A stretch of DNA of 64,000 bases from Lama guanicoe (GCA_013239625.1 MU055452.1:3699394-3763393), one strand, 5' to 3'. Counted from the stretch's first letter, positions 49,401 to 63,005 are shown. A program made the numbers and translations. The notes: a model not told the origin generated them from the sequence alone.

Positions 49401-49734
49401 GGTGAACCCCTCAAGGGCTCCCTTGTCCCCGCAAACTCCTTCACATCACTTACGAGGATGGCTGATCTCTCTCCTGCTTCATCTCCCACGCCCCATCCCT
49501 TCCCACTGGGCACTATGACGCCCTCGTTCTCCTCCCACCGCTAGCTCTGAATTCTGTTTGGGTGGAAGGAAGCAACTCATCACACATTCTCTCTCCACCT
49601 TATGGCATAAACTGACTCCCTCCCTTTCAGCGCTCATAACTTGCTGGCACTCAGATTTTTTTTTTCCCTCTCTAGTTCTTCCACTGGAAGATGCTGGCTC
49701 TCAGGCCTGAATCTCTGATGTACATTTATATATT

Positions 49735-50930
49735 TATTCATTTTTGGAACAAGTATTAGTTGAGCATCTACTATGTTCTAGGTACCTCCCTCATAATAGT
49801 GAACAAAACAGACAAAAATATCGGTCCTCCCATGTAACCTAGCAGGGAAAGATAGAGAATAAACAAGTAAAATAAATGTCGGATGGTGATAAATGCTAGG
49901 AAGGAAAAATAAAGCTAAGAAGAGGGATGGGAGCATCTGTGTGGAGTTGTGATTTGGAAGATCAGGCCTCGCTGACAAGGGATATCTGAGCAAAGACAGG
50001 ATGGAGGTGAGGGAGACAGCTTTGCAGAAAGTTGAGGGAAGAGCTTTCCAGGACAGGGGCATGGGAAGTGCAAAGGCCCTGAGCTTTCAGTGGGGTTAAT
50101 ATGTCTGGGGTACATCGGGAAGGTGGGTGCGGTTGCCTTGGTGTAGTAAATTAGGAGGTGAAGTCCCAGAAGCAGAGGGGGCTGGGGGGAGGGCAGCCGA
50201 TGACGCAAAGCTTCACAGGTCCCTGCAAGGCTTGAGATTTTAGTCAGAGTGGGATGAAAACCCTTTGGAGGTACTGAGCAGAGGACAGGTGCGGTCTAGC
50301 AAGCTTTTATAAGATCTGGCCACTATGGTGGGAAGGTACCACAGGGAAGTAAGAGCAGAAGCCAGGAGACCAGTGAAGAGACCATTACAGTCAATCAGAA
50401 AAGAGGTCATGGTAACAAGTGGTCCATTCTGGGTATATTTTGGGGATGGAGCCAATAGGATTTGCAGGCAGATCAGATACAGGATGAGACAGAAAGAGGA
50501 GTCAAAGATGGCTCTGAGATTGAGGCCTGAACTGCTTGAAAACTGGAGGTACTTTTGCTGGGGTTGAGGAAGGCTATGGGAGGGGCCTGGTGTCAGCCTT
50601 GTGGAGTCTGTGATGCCTGGTGGCCGTCGATGTGGAGGGGGAACAGGGGTGAGACGAGCGCCCTAGGGAAGATGCTCAGACACGATACAGGAGTCATCAG
50701 CGTGCAGGTGATGCTTCCAGCCAAACGTGCAAGAGAAGCAAACAGAGAGGTCCAACGACTGTGCTCTGGGTCCGGTCCCCCAGGATGGTGGAAGAAGAGG
50801 GACCACAAAGTGGGCTGAGAAGGAGCAGCTATGAGATGGGAGAAAACTCCAGGAGAGGGCGGGGTCTCCACGTCCACATGAAGGAAGACATTTCCAGGAG
50901 GAAGGAGTGATCAGCTGTGGGAAATAAAAA
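49735..50930 (-). mobile_element. L2 LINE
   Basis: aacaagtattagttgagcatctactatg...agtgaacaaaacagacaaaaa...caggagaccagtgaagagaccattacagt...ggagtcaaagatggctctgag. Confidence 0.8.
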
Positions 50931-52789
50931 CAATACAAACCCCCGGTAGCATCCTGGTTACCTTCTTTCTTCTACTCTGCAGCTGCCTTCCCCCTGAGAG
51001 GTACGTGCTGGTGGTGGTGGGGGAGCCTGAGATGGGAGAATTGCCCACCACACACGTGCATACCTTCTCTTCCCTCCAGACCTTTCCACCTGCTCTTCTC
51101 TTGGCCTTGAACCCTCTTCTTCCCCTCTTGGCTGGTGGATTCCTGCACATCTTTTGGGACCTCACCTTGGAGGTACCTCTTCCAAGATGCCTCGGAGCCA
51201 TTTCCCCCTCCTCCTGTGTCTCCCTGCGACAGAACGACCTAGCCCACAGGCTGACCCTGTGACATGCACCAGTGAACCTACGCGAGGGCGATTTTAAACT
51301 ACAAAGTGCCATTTGAGTATTCTTCCTGCTTTTCCTCTTTTCTTTCTTCTTGCTGTTCTTTGCTATTTTCACCCTTCTTCCTCTTCTTTATTTAGTGGAG
51401 ATCCTTAATCTGAGGGCCAGCGGAAGGGTAGGCGGCACTTCGCGTCTGGGTAAACGTGCGTGTTTCCAGGAATGGGGTCCAGAGCTTTCATCAGTGCCTC
51501 AGGTGTCCTTGACCCAGAAAAGGTTAAGAATCACTCACTGTACATTTTCTTGACACAAATGGGGAGCGAGATGAAGTAGGCTTTATTCCTCAGCGTGCCC
51601 TCGTTCTCTCTGTCCTGCTTTCTCTCCTTTCTGGAACACGGAGGCAGACTCAAAATGCTAAGCCAAACTTTCACATCTCGGTTGAGGTAATATTTGAAGC
51701 ACTGAAGTTCAGCCTCAAAGCAATTTCGTGCCTCAGTGTGGTTTGTCCCCAGGAAGGCAGCCCTGGTAAACAGTGCCTCTTTCAAATGCTGGGGAGAGGG
51801 AGGAGTCAAAGGCCAGCTTCCCTGTGTGGCTTGATTTTCCTGGGGGCAAACTCAGCACGTGCTGGGTGGGATTTGCACCCCTGGGAGAGCTGCCTTCCTG
51901 CCTCGTGGGCCGCTCTGCCCGGCGTTGCCAACCGCTGCCTCCCAATGAGGTCTCAGCCTCTTGTGAGATGCGATCGCTATCCTTCAGTTTAATTCCCATT
52001 TAATACATATTTCAAGATAAAGTCTGAGGATTCATGGGTTTGGCCTATGAAGGTGCAGCATAAATGTGTGAAAATAAAACATATCCTGACCTCGCCATCG
52101 GAGATGCGGATTTTATTTATTTTCTTAGGATTGTCTAGTGAGGTTTCTTTCTTTCTTCCTCCCCCCCCCCTTTTTTTTGGTGATGGTTGTCGCTGTAGCT
52201 CAGCAGGGCATTAAATTCAGGGAGCAGTCCAATCTGTCACAGCCAGAGCCTGCAGGAGCATGGAGCATGTGACCCGGGGATAAATCCCTCGGACTGTGGC
52301 TGGGGCCCTGAGGGAAGGCTCCAGCTCCAACCTGCCCTAAACAGAAGCATGGAGCCACAGAAACAGTGTCGTAATAACACCTGCAGAGTGCATGTTGGGA
52401 CCTTTAATTTAGGGTTCCCCCAGAGCAGATCCAAATAAAGGTTTGAGGGACAGGAAAGGGAAGGAAGCTGACCCAGGGGGTGGTGATGAGCAGGTCAGCT
52501 CTGTGGGTGAGGGGGGTTCAATTCACCGGGGAGGAAGCTGGGGCATTTATTCACAAACTCCTGTCCGTCACTGGTGGAGGACTGCTCTCTGGCGTGTTTT
52601 TTGGCTCCTGAGACACAACACTCTGCTACACCTCTGTGGTCTTCAGCCTATTTTAGGGGGTCCTCTTACTCTATCCTTCATTAAATGTAGGGGTGCCCTG
52701 TTTCCTTAGTTACCTGCACTGTCATCTTACCCTGTCCCTTCTGCTCCCTTGGCTTTCGTTCCGTGACTCTGTATGGGCAGCCTGTGCAG

Positions 52790-53245
52790 ACTACGAGCTG
52801 TTCCCCAGAATCTGTTCTCCCTTTCTTCCAAATAAATACAGCGGCAGCCAGACTCTGGGCTTCCTGGCGAGACCCAGCTCTCTCTGCCTTTCTTGTGGCT
52901 AGCTGTGGCCTGCTCTGAGGACTGGCCAAGTCTGAGCCAACTGGATGTGAGCAGAAGTGACGTGTGCAGCTTTGGGTTCATTCCAACTTAGAGACAAGCC
53001 TTTTGCCTTGGACCTCCTCTCCTTCCTCCTTCCCACAGCCTGGGATACAGACAGTGTGGTCACCAAGCTTTGCCAGTCGCTACAGGGAGACACTCCGGGG
53101 ACGGTGGAGAAAAAAGATGGAATGAGCCTGGACCCCTGAATTACCTCACGGAGCAGAGTCATACTACAGTGAAATTCTGTTTTATTAAATATCTGTATTT
53201 GGAGCTTTGTTAGATTACACCAGTTCAGCCTATTAAGTAATAAAC
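52790..53245 (+). mobile_element. MLT1-type MaLR solo LTR
   Basis: aagtctgagccaactggatgtgagcagaagtgacgtgtgcagct...aaagatggaatgagcctggacccctga...tatttggagctttgttag. Confidence 0.6.
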
Positions 53246-53671
53246 CAGAGTGGACCTCTCTTCTGAGGTCCTTACCCTTTTATCCAAATCTAACCCCACA
53301 TTTATACTTGGATGACCCTCAGGCCCTCAACTAAAACCACACTCTTAATTTCACTTGCTCCCTTCCCTAATGTAATGCTTCTCCAATGTTCTCCTTTTCC
53401 ATACATGTCACGTGGTCTGGGTCACTGTATTCCCAGGATTCTGGAACTTATTTTTTAATTTCTCCCTTTATCTTACCTCCACCTTCAATCCATCACCAAA
53501 TTCTACTGATTTTATTTTAGAAATATATCACATGTCCATTCACTGAGTTTTCTTGGTTGGGCCTCTAAAGAGTGTAATTCATCTCATACTTCTGTTATTA
53601 TAAATCCAACCAGGGTCTCCCCTTTATTTTGAAGTGATGATACTTTCTACTTATTTAAAAAATGTTAGTGT

Positions 53672-53768
53672 CTTTTTTTTGTTTTTTAAATGGAGGCACT
53701 GGGGGTTGAACCCAGGACCTGTGCAATGCTAAGCATGCACTCTCCCACTGAGCTACACCCACTCCTCC
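53672..53768 (-). mobile_element. Vic-1-like SINE with TSD
   Basis: tggaggcactgggggttgaacccaggacctgtgcaatgctaagcatgcactctcccactgagctacaccc, flanked by agtgtct. Confidence 0.85.
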
Positions 53769-53775
53769 AGTGTCT

Positions 53776-54360
53776 CTTTTAAACTGAAGTATAGTTGCTG
53801 TACAATATTATATGTTACAGGTGTACAATGCAGTGATTCATAATTTTTAAAGGTTGTGCTCCATTTATAGTTATTATAAAACATTGACTCTATTCTCATG
53901 CTGTACAATGTATCCTTGTAGCTTATTTTATACCTGACAGTTTGTACCTCTCACTCTCCCAGCCCTACGTTGCCCCTCCCGCTTCCATTTCCCCACTGGT
54001 AACCACTAGTTTGTTCCCCATATCTGTGACTATGCTTTTTTTGATCACTAGTCTGCTATATTTTTTAGGTTCCACATATAAGTGATATGATACAGTATCT
54101 GTCTTTCTCTGTCTAACTTATTTCACTTAGCATAATACCCTCCAAGTCCATCCATGTTGCTGCCTATGGCAAAATTTTGTTCTCTTTCATGGCTGAGTAC
54201 TATTCCATTGTAAACACACACACACACACACTTCTTTATCCAGTCATCTATTGTCGGACACTTAGGTTGCTTCCGTATCTTGGCAAATAATGGTGCTATG
54301 GATGTTAGGGTGCATGTATCTTTTCAAATTAGCGTTTTTGTATTTTTTTCAGATATATAG
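53776..54360 (-). mobile_element. L1MA-type 3' end
   Basis: aactgaagtatagttgctgtacaatattat...ccactggtaaccactagtttgttc...ttccacatataagtgatatgatacagtat...tccatccatgttgctg. Confidence 0.88.
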
Positions 54361-54370
54361 AGAGTTCCTT

Positions 54371-54478
54371 TTTTTTTTAAAGCAAGATTTTTATTAGTGA
54401 AGTAAAAAAAAAATAGTGAAAGATAATACACTCCCAAGAATTGGAAGCGGGCCAATTCAAGAAAGGAAAAAATGGCCC
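54371..54478 (-). mobile_element. Short polyadenylated retroposed insert with TSD (LTR R-region-like)
   Basis: Flanked by agagttccttttt at 54361 and 54479; minus strand ends ...cttcactAATAAAaatcttgcttt followed by poly(A). Confidence 0.7.
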
Positions 54479-57400
54479 AGAGTTCCTTTTTACTTTTATT
54501 TCATTTAAACATTTTTTCCTACTGTCTTCACTCTTTATGCCTTCTCATATCCCTTCTCCCCACAGTATCCATTCTGTTATGTCTGGTATGTGCCTCGGAA
54601 TAGGTATATATCTTTGAAAAATGCATAGCATTTGTGCATGTGGCTGTTCTGATTTATAACAGAGTATTATAATAGAGATATTCTAACTTTTGTAATCAAC
54701 ACCATGCTTTTTAAAATTTATGCTGCTATATGATTTTAGTTCATTCCTTCCATTTGCTTCTGTGTGTTCCATGATGGGCTGGCACCATATTTTGCTCATC
54801 TAGTCCCCTAATGAGGGATGCCTCAGTTACCACAGAACTACTACTAAATTCCTGCTACTAAAAAAAAGTGCTGTGAAACAAAAACATCCTCACCCATGTT
54901 CTTTCATGGGCTTAGATGTGAGCTCTCCTTGGATGTGTACCCAAGCGTGGGATTTCTGGATCACAGGGAATAAGCGTGTTCGATTTCACTACGGAGGGCT
55001 ACGTTGCTTCCCAGTACGACGGCACCCAGGCTTCCCTCTCGCCATTAGCGCGCTGAGCTTCCTCTTCTCCCAAATGCTTGCCCGTTATGCTCAAGATATT
55101 GGTACTTTCTGACTTTATAAGTTGGCTCTTCCATAGATATAAGGTTAGGAATCTCATAATTATTTTAATTGGTGATTTAATTAATCGTTTGGTGTGAGCA
55201 TCAGTTCTCACGTTTGTTAGCCATTCAGCCTCCATTACTTTGAATTACCTGTTCAGATTCTTTGCACATGTTTTCCTCTTGGGGTTCCTGTCTTGTTCTT
55301 GTTGACTCGTAAGAAGGAGTTCCTTTCGTTACAGGAACTATCCTAACCAAGTAGTATCCCCACTGATGTTTACGTTTATGAACCTGTTGCCAAGTTAAGC
55401 TCACACAAGCCTGTAGGAACAAAGGATTCCTAGCAGATCATTCCGAGAAAGGAGGTGGGAGGAGTGAGTCATCACTCTGCGCACAGTTGCATGTGCACGT
55501 GGAACTCCAAAGAGCCTATGTCATGGCCACTGGAACCACTCACAACACAGGGCTGTGCTGCATGAACACCTGTCTGTAAAAACCAAACTTCAACAGTTCA
55601 TTAACAATAAGGGTATTCATTTTTATTAAACGGTGCTTTAAATTTTTCAGCACTCTACTTGGGAATGCACCATTAAATTGATTGGCCCATTAAAAATCAG
55701 TGGTTAAAAATGAGTTCATTGTTAAAAAGGGGGAAATAATGATAATGATACTGACAGTGACTGAAGCAATGGACCATCCTGCTCAAAATCAAAAGAATCA
55801 GGCCATTAACATGTGATGTGTAAGAAGCACAAATGAATTTTCCTACTTTTAGGTCCAACACTGGTAATTTACTTTCAACAAAACAACATCATTAATCATG
55901 CTAGAGAAATGTTGTTAGCTTGAATTTCTTTCATTTTAGAGTTTTGCTTGGGTTTAATTTGCAAATTAAATTTTATAGTTTTTTAGATTTTGTAACCATG
56001 AGAATTTTTACTGCTAGTTTTATGTTTCTACATTTAAAATAACATTATAATAAAAAAAACCAATTTTGGCAAATACAGGGTGGTCTGTAATAATTTTTCT
56101 GTTATTAAAGTTAGAGAAATATTGCCTTAGTGTACTGAGATGGACATTTTCAGATTACAGACTATTAACTGATGGTGTTGGGGTGAATGGTGGTCACCAA
56201 AATAAATTCTAAAATTATTATCAGGTACCACAGATAATTCAAATACGTGTGGATTTGAGGTGTGCATCAGAGTCAAGGTTAACGCATCTATAGATTTGTG
56301 GCAGATCTGATGGGCTGCCTCTCAATAGCCATTCCACCCCTTTGCTTCTCATAGAGGCTAGAAAGCCAAGAACTACATTTCCCAGACTCCTCTGCAGGTC
56401 AAGCTCTGGATGCTAATAGATTCAGCCTATCAGGTGCACTGACATCAATGTGGGGAGGCTGAAATGCCTGGCAGATGCCTTGCCTGTTCTTTCTCCTGCC
56501 AGGCACAGTTGTAGAGACATCTGTAGAGATCCCGGGGTCCAGCCATTATCTCAGGTTGTCAAAAGGCAGGGTGCAGGCGGGGCACGTGTCCGATGCTGTG
56601 GGACACGGCAGGTGTGGTGGTGTCCTGGTCGGGGCGCTAATATCTCCAGTGGAATTCTGACTGCAGGAGAAGCAGCAGCTCTTTTGGTGGCCCAATTATT
56701 CATGTGGCTTTGAGAGTCATTTTAGAAAGCTCAACCTGTTTTAACCTGAGCATTAGGTACATTTTATGGCCATTCTCTTCTTCCTCCTTGTTATCTGCTC
56801 CAGCATCCTGTCTGGAAGGAGGCCCACCTGCCCTGCTTCTTGCTCAATGCTCTGCTTCCTTCTTCCTCTTGTTTCCAGGCAGCTGGAAGTGTACCCGCGT
56901 GGGTCCCTCTAATCATCAGTCACGCTCACTTGCATCCTCTCCTCTGTCTTGGGTGTCGGGCTGCGGAGAGTTTTGTCTTGAGCTGAGGGCGAGGACATCT
57001 TCCTTGACCTTGGCACTCAGCCATGCTCTCCAGTCTCCTTTTCCAGGAAGTTCTGCATTGCGCTTTTAAGTGCAAATATCAAATCAGTAACAGGTTTCCC
57101 ACCCACCCCTTGTGTACAACGGCAATGAAATGAAGGGGGGATTTGGCATTTCTGGGTTCCCTATCAGTCAAATCCCACCATGCGTGCCTGGCAGAAGATA
57201 CTCTTGGAACTGAACTGGGGACGGATGGTGGCAGCGAGAAGCAGGAGACTGCTGGCAACCACTGAGGGTCTGAGCTCAGGAGATGGCAGGCGGGGAGAAG
57301 AGAGGCGAGGGTGTGACAGCCAGTAGGAGAGCTGACAGGGCTTCAGACTGGTGACCACACTCAATCCCAAGAGGGACGAGCAGGCAAAGAAGTGTCAGAA

Positions 57401-58140
57401 ATAGAGGGCAAAGGGATAACTGAAAAGATGGATGGTAAGGATAACAGAGAAAGAAAAAGATAGAATAGGAAAATACGGTTAGAGGATAACAAGAATTTAA
57501 GAAAATATAACAAGATGTCAAAAATGGTTTTGTGATGTGGTTTTTAGAATACCACGAGCTCCCCCAGTTTTCCTTCCTTCCCTTGGCACTGCCCACGTCC
57601 ACCTGGAGGCTGACCATGTTGGGGAAAAGTCAGCACTAGTTAGTCCAAATCCGAGAGGACTTTGAAAGGAGCTGGGCTCTCTGTTTTCAAAAGCCTTCGC
57701 CCAGACCAGGCCAATTGCTGAGATGACTCCGATCCCTGGAGCTCTGTGACCTAATCTCTCACCAACCAGCGTGCAGTTGAGCCTTGTCTTCACGGTGGTG
57801 CCTGCGCTGCTCTCTTGTGCCTTGATTTGGGGTCTTCTAGAGGCAGAGAGGTCTTCTAGAATCAGTGCCCAGGGAGGGAGACAAGGTGAGGAAAGGCTGG
57901 TGTATAGGTTCTTCATGGAGGTGGCTGTTGTGCTGACAGGGACTCCAGCCTCCTGGGACTGTCAAGAAGGCCAGAAAGCCTCCTGACTCCGCCACCGACA
58001 GAGACGAGGCTGGGTCTCTCTCCAGCACCTCTCCCCGCTCACCCCAGCTTGGGGGATCCTCAGGGAGTGTTAGTGCCCCTCACTTCGGGGCTGAGCTGGA
58101 ATGTGGTGACAGCTCTGGGGCAGAAAGAGGAAGGACAGTA

Positions 58141-58425
58141 TAGTTGTCTCTCAGTATCCGAGGGGGATCAATTCCAAGACCTCTGAAGTTCAAGTTCTTT
58201 ATATAAAAGGGGCATAGTATTCACATATAATCTGTATACATCCTCCTGCATATTTTAAAACATCTTTCAATTACTTGTAATACCCAATACCATGTAAATG
58301 CTATGTAAATAGTTGCTGGCACATTGGCAAATCCAAGTTTTGCTTTTTGCAACTTTCTGGAATGTTTTTCAAAAATTTTCCATCTACTGTTGGTTGAGTC
58401 CACAGATAAGGAAGGCTGAACGTAA
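58141..58425 (+). mobile_element. MER2/Tigger2-like DNA transposon
   Basis: agttgtctctcagtatccgaggggga...atgtaaatgctatgtaaatagttg...ttggttgagtccacagata. Confidence 0.75.
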
Positions 58426-59399
58426 AGCTTGAGGTAGGACACTATCAACTCATGGAACTGTCCACTGCTGCTGTGGCTGAAATCACAGGGGGCTTGAAGG
58501 GACGTGGTGGCTCCAAGCATCTGCACAGCTAATAACGTCCTCCTTTAGGTCACCCCCTGGTGTGGGCATCCCACACTCGATGCACCAGTGCTGGGGTGCA
58601 GCTAATGTGCACAAGATGCAGCTGACATGCACTAGTTAAAACACAGAACTGGAAGTCCCACCCCCCTACTCCGTGCTACACCTCAACCTCTCCCTGGGTC
58701 CCATAACCCAGTAACTAAAGGATCAATTCCTGGCCAAGCAGGTCTACCTCTACTCTGTTCTGATTGGTGGGGACCCATGCTCCTTTGGCTGTAAAATATT
58801 TTGAATGTCAACCCTGAATGTAATCATCTGTCCACATGTCTGTCTCCTGTACCACATCAGTGTGCCTTCAAGCAAGGACCCTTTTACTTATTTTTACATT
58901 CACATCACCCAGGTCAGGGCATGCCACATTTACCAACTGAATGCTAGAAAAGAAGTGGTGTCAAAATGAAAGTATCATTTAATACCAAGGTTAACCAAAG
59001 CTTGGTTAAAGCCAGATACTGACTATTGCATACATGGCTTAAGACTGAATTGATTAGTGAACATTACAAGTCTTACTTTAACCTTAGGCATAATCTTACT
59101 CTAAATTGTAACCTAAATCCATTAAAAAGCTGGGTTCTGAAGATAATGTTTTGCAAATTTTGGTTCTTTGAGAGTGGATCTGCTGTTTAGAAATGACCCA
59201 GATTTGTTCAGAGATAAATCTGGCAAATTCTGGTGAGAATTCTAGTTCCAAAAGAACATTTTAGGTTATAAATAAGGCATATGACTCTGAAGTAATGATT
59301 TTTTCTCTCTTTTGTCGCTCTAAGTTGCACTGGAATGCATTTCCAAAGGATGAAGTCCAAAAATATTTTGGGCAATAGCAGATTTGTGAAAAATAAGTG

Positions 59400-60130
59400 C
59401 ATGGCCACAATTAGATACCACCTTAAACCTATTAGGACGACTACTATTAAAAAAAATAGCAAGTGTTGGTGAGGATGTGGAGAAATTAGAACCCTTGTGC
59501 ACTGTTTGTGGGAATGTAAAATGGTGCAGCCACTACAGAAAACACTGTNNNNNNNNNNNNNNNNNNNNNNNNNNNNNNNNNNNNNNNNNNNNNNNNNNNN
59601 NNNNNNNNNNNNNNNNNNNNNNNNNNNNNNNNNNNNNNNNNNNNNNNNNNNNNNNNNNNNNNNNNNNNNNNNNNNNNNNNNNNNNNNNNNNNNNNNNNNN
59701 NNNNNNNNNNNNNNNNNNNNNNNNNNNNNNNNNNNNNNNNNNNNNNNNNNNNNNNNNNNNNNNNNNNNNNNNNNNNNNNNNNNNNNNNNNNNNNNNNNNN
59801 NNNNNNNNNNNNNNNNNNNNNNNNNNNNNNNNNNNNNNNNNNNNNNNNNNNNNNNNNNNNNNNNNNNNNNNNNNNNNNNNNNNNNNNNNNNNNNNNNNNN
59901 NNNNNNNNNNNNNNNNNNNNNNNNNNNNNNNNNNNNNNNNNNNNNNNNNNNGGCTTGAGGGGGAAATGAGGATTATTTTTTAGTGGGTATAGAGTTTCAG
60001 TTTGGAAGATAAAATGAGCTCTGTTGATGGCTGTCGGGGATGGTAGCACAAAAATGTGAATGACTTAATGGTTAAAATGCTACCTTTCCTATTATGTGTA
60101 TTTCAGCACAATTTGAAAAGATACCTTCTT
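59400..60130 (+). mobile_element. L1MB/MC-type 3' fragment, partly masked
   Basis: agataccaccttaaacctattagga...aagtgttggtgaggatgtggagaaattagaacccttgtgcactg...gggtatagagtttcagtttggaagataaaa. Confidence 0.85.
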
Positions 60131-60714
60131 AAAAAATAAGTGTACAGCTTCCCAAGGTGATGACTTTGAAAGGAAATACTTGTTCGGATGTTTAAGCAGG
60201 TTTTACTATGATCAGTCATATGGAATTCTGGCCATAAGTTATCTGTTGGTGAACATACACGACACTCCCAAACGCTGAGACACATCACCTTCATCACCCT
60301 CTGCTCTTTCGTGTTAGATGGATTCCACGCTGAAGAGACTACAGGCTGGCACGTGGACGGTGCGGAGCACGACAGCATGTACCCTGCTCCCCATTTTCTC
60401 ACTGTTCAGGTCGCTCAGTGTCACCCACTGCTGCCCTTTCTCCCCTTGAGAAAGTCGTTAGGTATCTTCCCTGGCACAGGAACACCCTGAGTCGAGGGCC
60501 GCTGTCACTCCAGGACACACAGTGACTCACTCATGCTGCTAAACCAGGAAGAAAGGAGCTGGTTGTACTTTGCGGGGATAAAAGCCAACCATGTAAAAGT
60601 CCGTTTTCAGTGCTAATTCAGCTTTAGGTCACAGGAACGTAGGCAGAGCCCCTGCTCCTCCCCGCTTTTCTTTCCTGCAGGTTCAGCTTGGTCAGAGACT
60701 CGCTCTTTTAAATC

Positions 60715-60935
60715 AAGAATTCTCAAGCTCAGCACTACTGACATCTGGGGTTGGGTAACCTTTGCTGTGAGGGGCTGTGCTCTGTGGAGTGTTTAGCAGC
60801 AGAATCCTTGGCCTCTCCTCACTAGATGCCGGGAGGAGCCCCCACCCCAACCTGGTGACAACCAAAAATATCTCTACATGTTGCTAAATGTCCCCTGAGG
60901 GGCAGCCTCACCCTCACCTACGTTGAGAACCACTG
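60715..60935 (+). mobile_element. MER20-like hAT element
   Basis: ttctcaagctcagcactactgacatctgggg...gtgacaaccaaaaatatctctacatgttgctaaatgtcccctg...gttgagaaccactg. Confidence 0.8.
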
Positions 60936-60982
60936 CTGGAAATGGAGGCCAAACCACTCGGCACCTCCCTGAGTAACACGGC

Positions 60983-61597
60983 TTATCCAGTCATTTGTCA
61001 CTGGACATCTGGGTTGTTTCCATGTCTTGGCTATTGTAAGCAGTGCTGCTATGAAAATTGGGGTGCGTGTATCTTGCTGAATTAAGAGTTTTCTCCAGAT
61101 ATATGCCCAGGAGTGGTATATATATACAATGGAATACTACTCAGCCACAAAAAAGAATGAAATAATCCCATTTGCAGCAACGTAGATGGACCTAGAGATG
61201 ATCATAGTAAGTGAACTCAGTCAGACAGAGAAAGACAAATACTGTATGATGCCACTTATATGTGGAATCTAAAAAATAATACAAATGAACTTATTTATAA
61301 AACAAAAATAGACTCCCAGACATAGGAAACAAACTTATGATTACTGGGGGGGAAGAAGAGGTAGGGGTAAATTGGCAGTTGGTGATTTGCAGATAGTAAC
61401 TCCTACATATATAGTAGATAAATAATAAGGTCCTACTGCATAGCACAGGGAATTACACTCACTATCTTGCAGTAACCCATAATGAAAAAGAATATATAGA
61501 CATGTGTGTATATAACTGAATCACCATGCTGTACACCAGAGACTAACACTGTAAATCAACTGTACTTCAATAAAATAATAAAATCATTTTTAAAAAG
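60983..61597 (+). mobile_element. 5'-inverted (twin-primed) L1 insertion
   Basis: 60983-61117 is antisense L1; from about 61117 the text is sense L1 through poly(A). Diverged TSD gagtaacacggctt / gagtaacgtgactt. Confidence 0.82.
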
Positions 61598-62149
61598 AGT
61601 AACGTGACTTAAACAGTAGAGAACTTTGCCACGTTCCACAGCAGAGCGAAGTGTTCTGTAAATGGTGTGGTTCTCAGATGATGGAGGGAAACTCAGGTGT
61701 TTGTACCCAGAGGCCCCCTACAAGCATGGTTTTGTGGGGAGAAGCAGCAGTTCGTGGGAGCTCCCTACTCTTCTGCAACTTTCGTGTGGTTTACCGAGGC
61801 AGCATGGACTTCAGGGCCATATGATTCTGAACCTAGATCCTGCCCTGCAACTTAGTGGCCTAATCCTTCTGAACTTGGTTTTTTCTGTGCAAATCGGGGG
61901 ATTCCAGGGTGCCCTGATAGAGTAGCTACGAGGGTGAAATGAGACAACGTAGGAGGGGATGCTAATGACAAATCCTTACTTCTGCATCTTCTCCCCAAAC
62001 CCCCTCAGCCAGTTGTACAGACAGAACTGGCCCTCTGCTCGCACCCCTTTGAGTCTCTCACATTTCAGTGCACCCCCTTCCCAACATCTGTGCGCTTTTA
62101 CTTTTCAGCACAGTTCCAGTGACTCTTTAGAGGACCACCCTTGGTCTAC

Positions 62150-63005
62150 CGGACCCATTTTGCCCTGTTGTGGGAGTGACATGTGTCCGGGTGTCCCCAC
62201 CCCGATGCCCCCTCATGGCCACCAGCCAACTGCTGACAAGTGTAGGAATATGAAGGCTCAGTTCCCTCCAGTTGGGTCCAGCTCTAATATGGTGTAGTTT
62301 ACCCGTCAACACTCATCTATGGATTCAGGTTAAAGCTAGAACATCGCCAGAAGTCGCCCCTGGCTTGTGTATTTCCTGTTCCGTGATCTGTTTCCCCTGT
62401 TTTCTCACCCAGTATTTTCCTGGGAGCACTTCCTCCATCAGCTGTCTGCACACAAACCATCACCTCAAGGCCTGCTTCTGGGGGACTGTGTAGTCTCCAA
62501 AAATGGTCTCCATCGATTCCTTCTTTTCCCCACCCGCGCATGTCATTCTCACATTAAGAGGAAGGTTCTCATTTCCCCTCTCTGCACCTAGGCTGGACCC
62601 AGTGACCTGCTTACCTAGTGGAGTGCAGCAGAATGGCGTTCTGAGATGGCGGAGGCTGGTTGGGAAGACGATTACCAGCTTCCACCTGACTCTCTGGCTC
62701 TCTCCTGGAACCTAGCTTCCCTGCGGTGAACAGCCAGAGACACACGGAGGGGACGCTTGAGGCACATCCACAGCCCCAGCTGAACTCCCAGCCTGCAGCC
62801 ACCACTTACTGCCAGCCACGTGAAGGAGACGTCTCAGACATCCAGCCCAGCTGAGCCTTCAGAAGACTCCCAGTGCCATCTGACTGTCATCACATGATAG
62901 ACACCAACCAGGAGGTACCCAGCAGAGCCCCGCTAACCCACAGACTGCTATCATAATAAACTGTCTTACGCCATTACGTTTTAGGACGCTTTGTTTCACA
63001 GTAAA
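62150..63005 (+). mobile_element. LTR16-like LTR (to about 62490) abutting an MLT1-type LTR (about 62490-63005)
   Basis: ttcctgggagcacttcctcc...cacctcaaggcctgcttctggggga, then tgtagtctccaaaaatggtctcc...cagcccagctgagccttcagaagact...aataaactgtc...ttttaggacgctttgtt. Confidence 0.65.

Noticed and set aside
8029-53768. Five tRNA-like sequences with A and B boxes
   Set aside because: They have SINE tails, TSDs and degenerate stems, so they are SINEs rather than tRNA genes.
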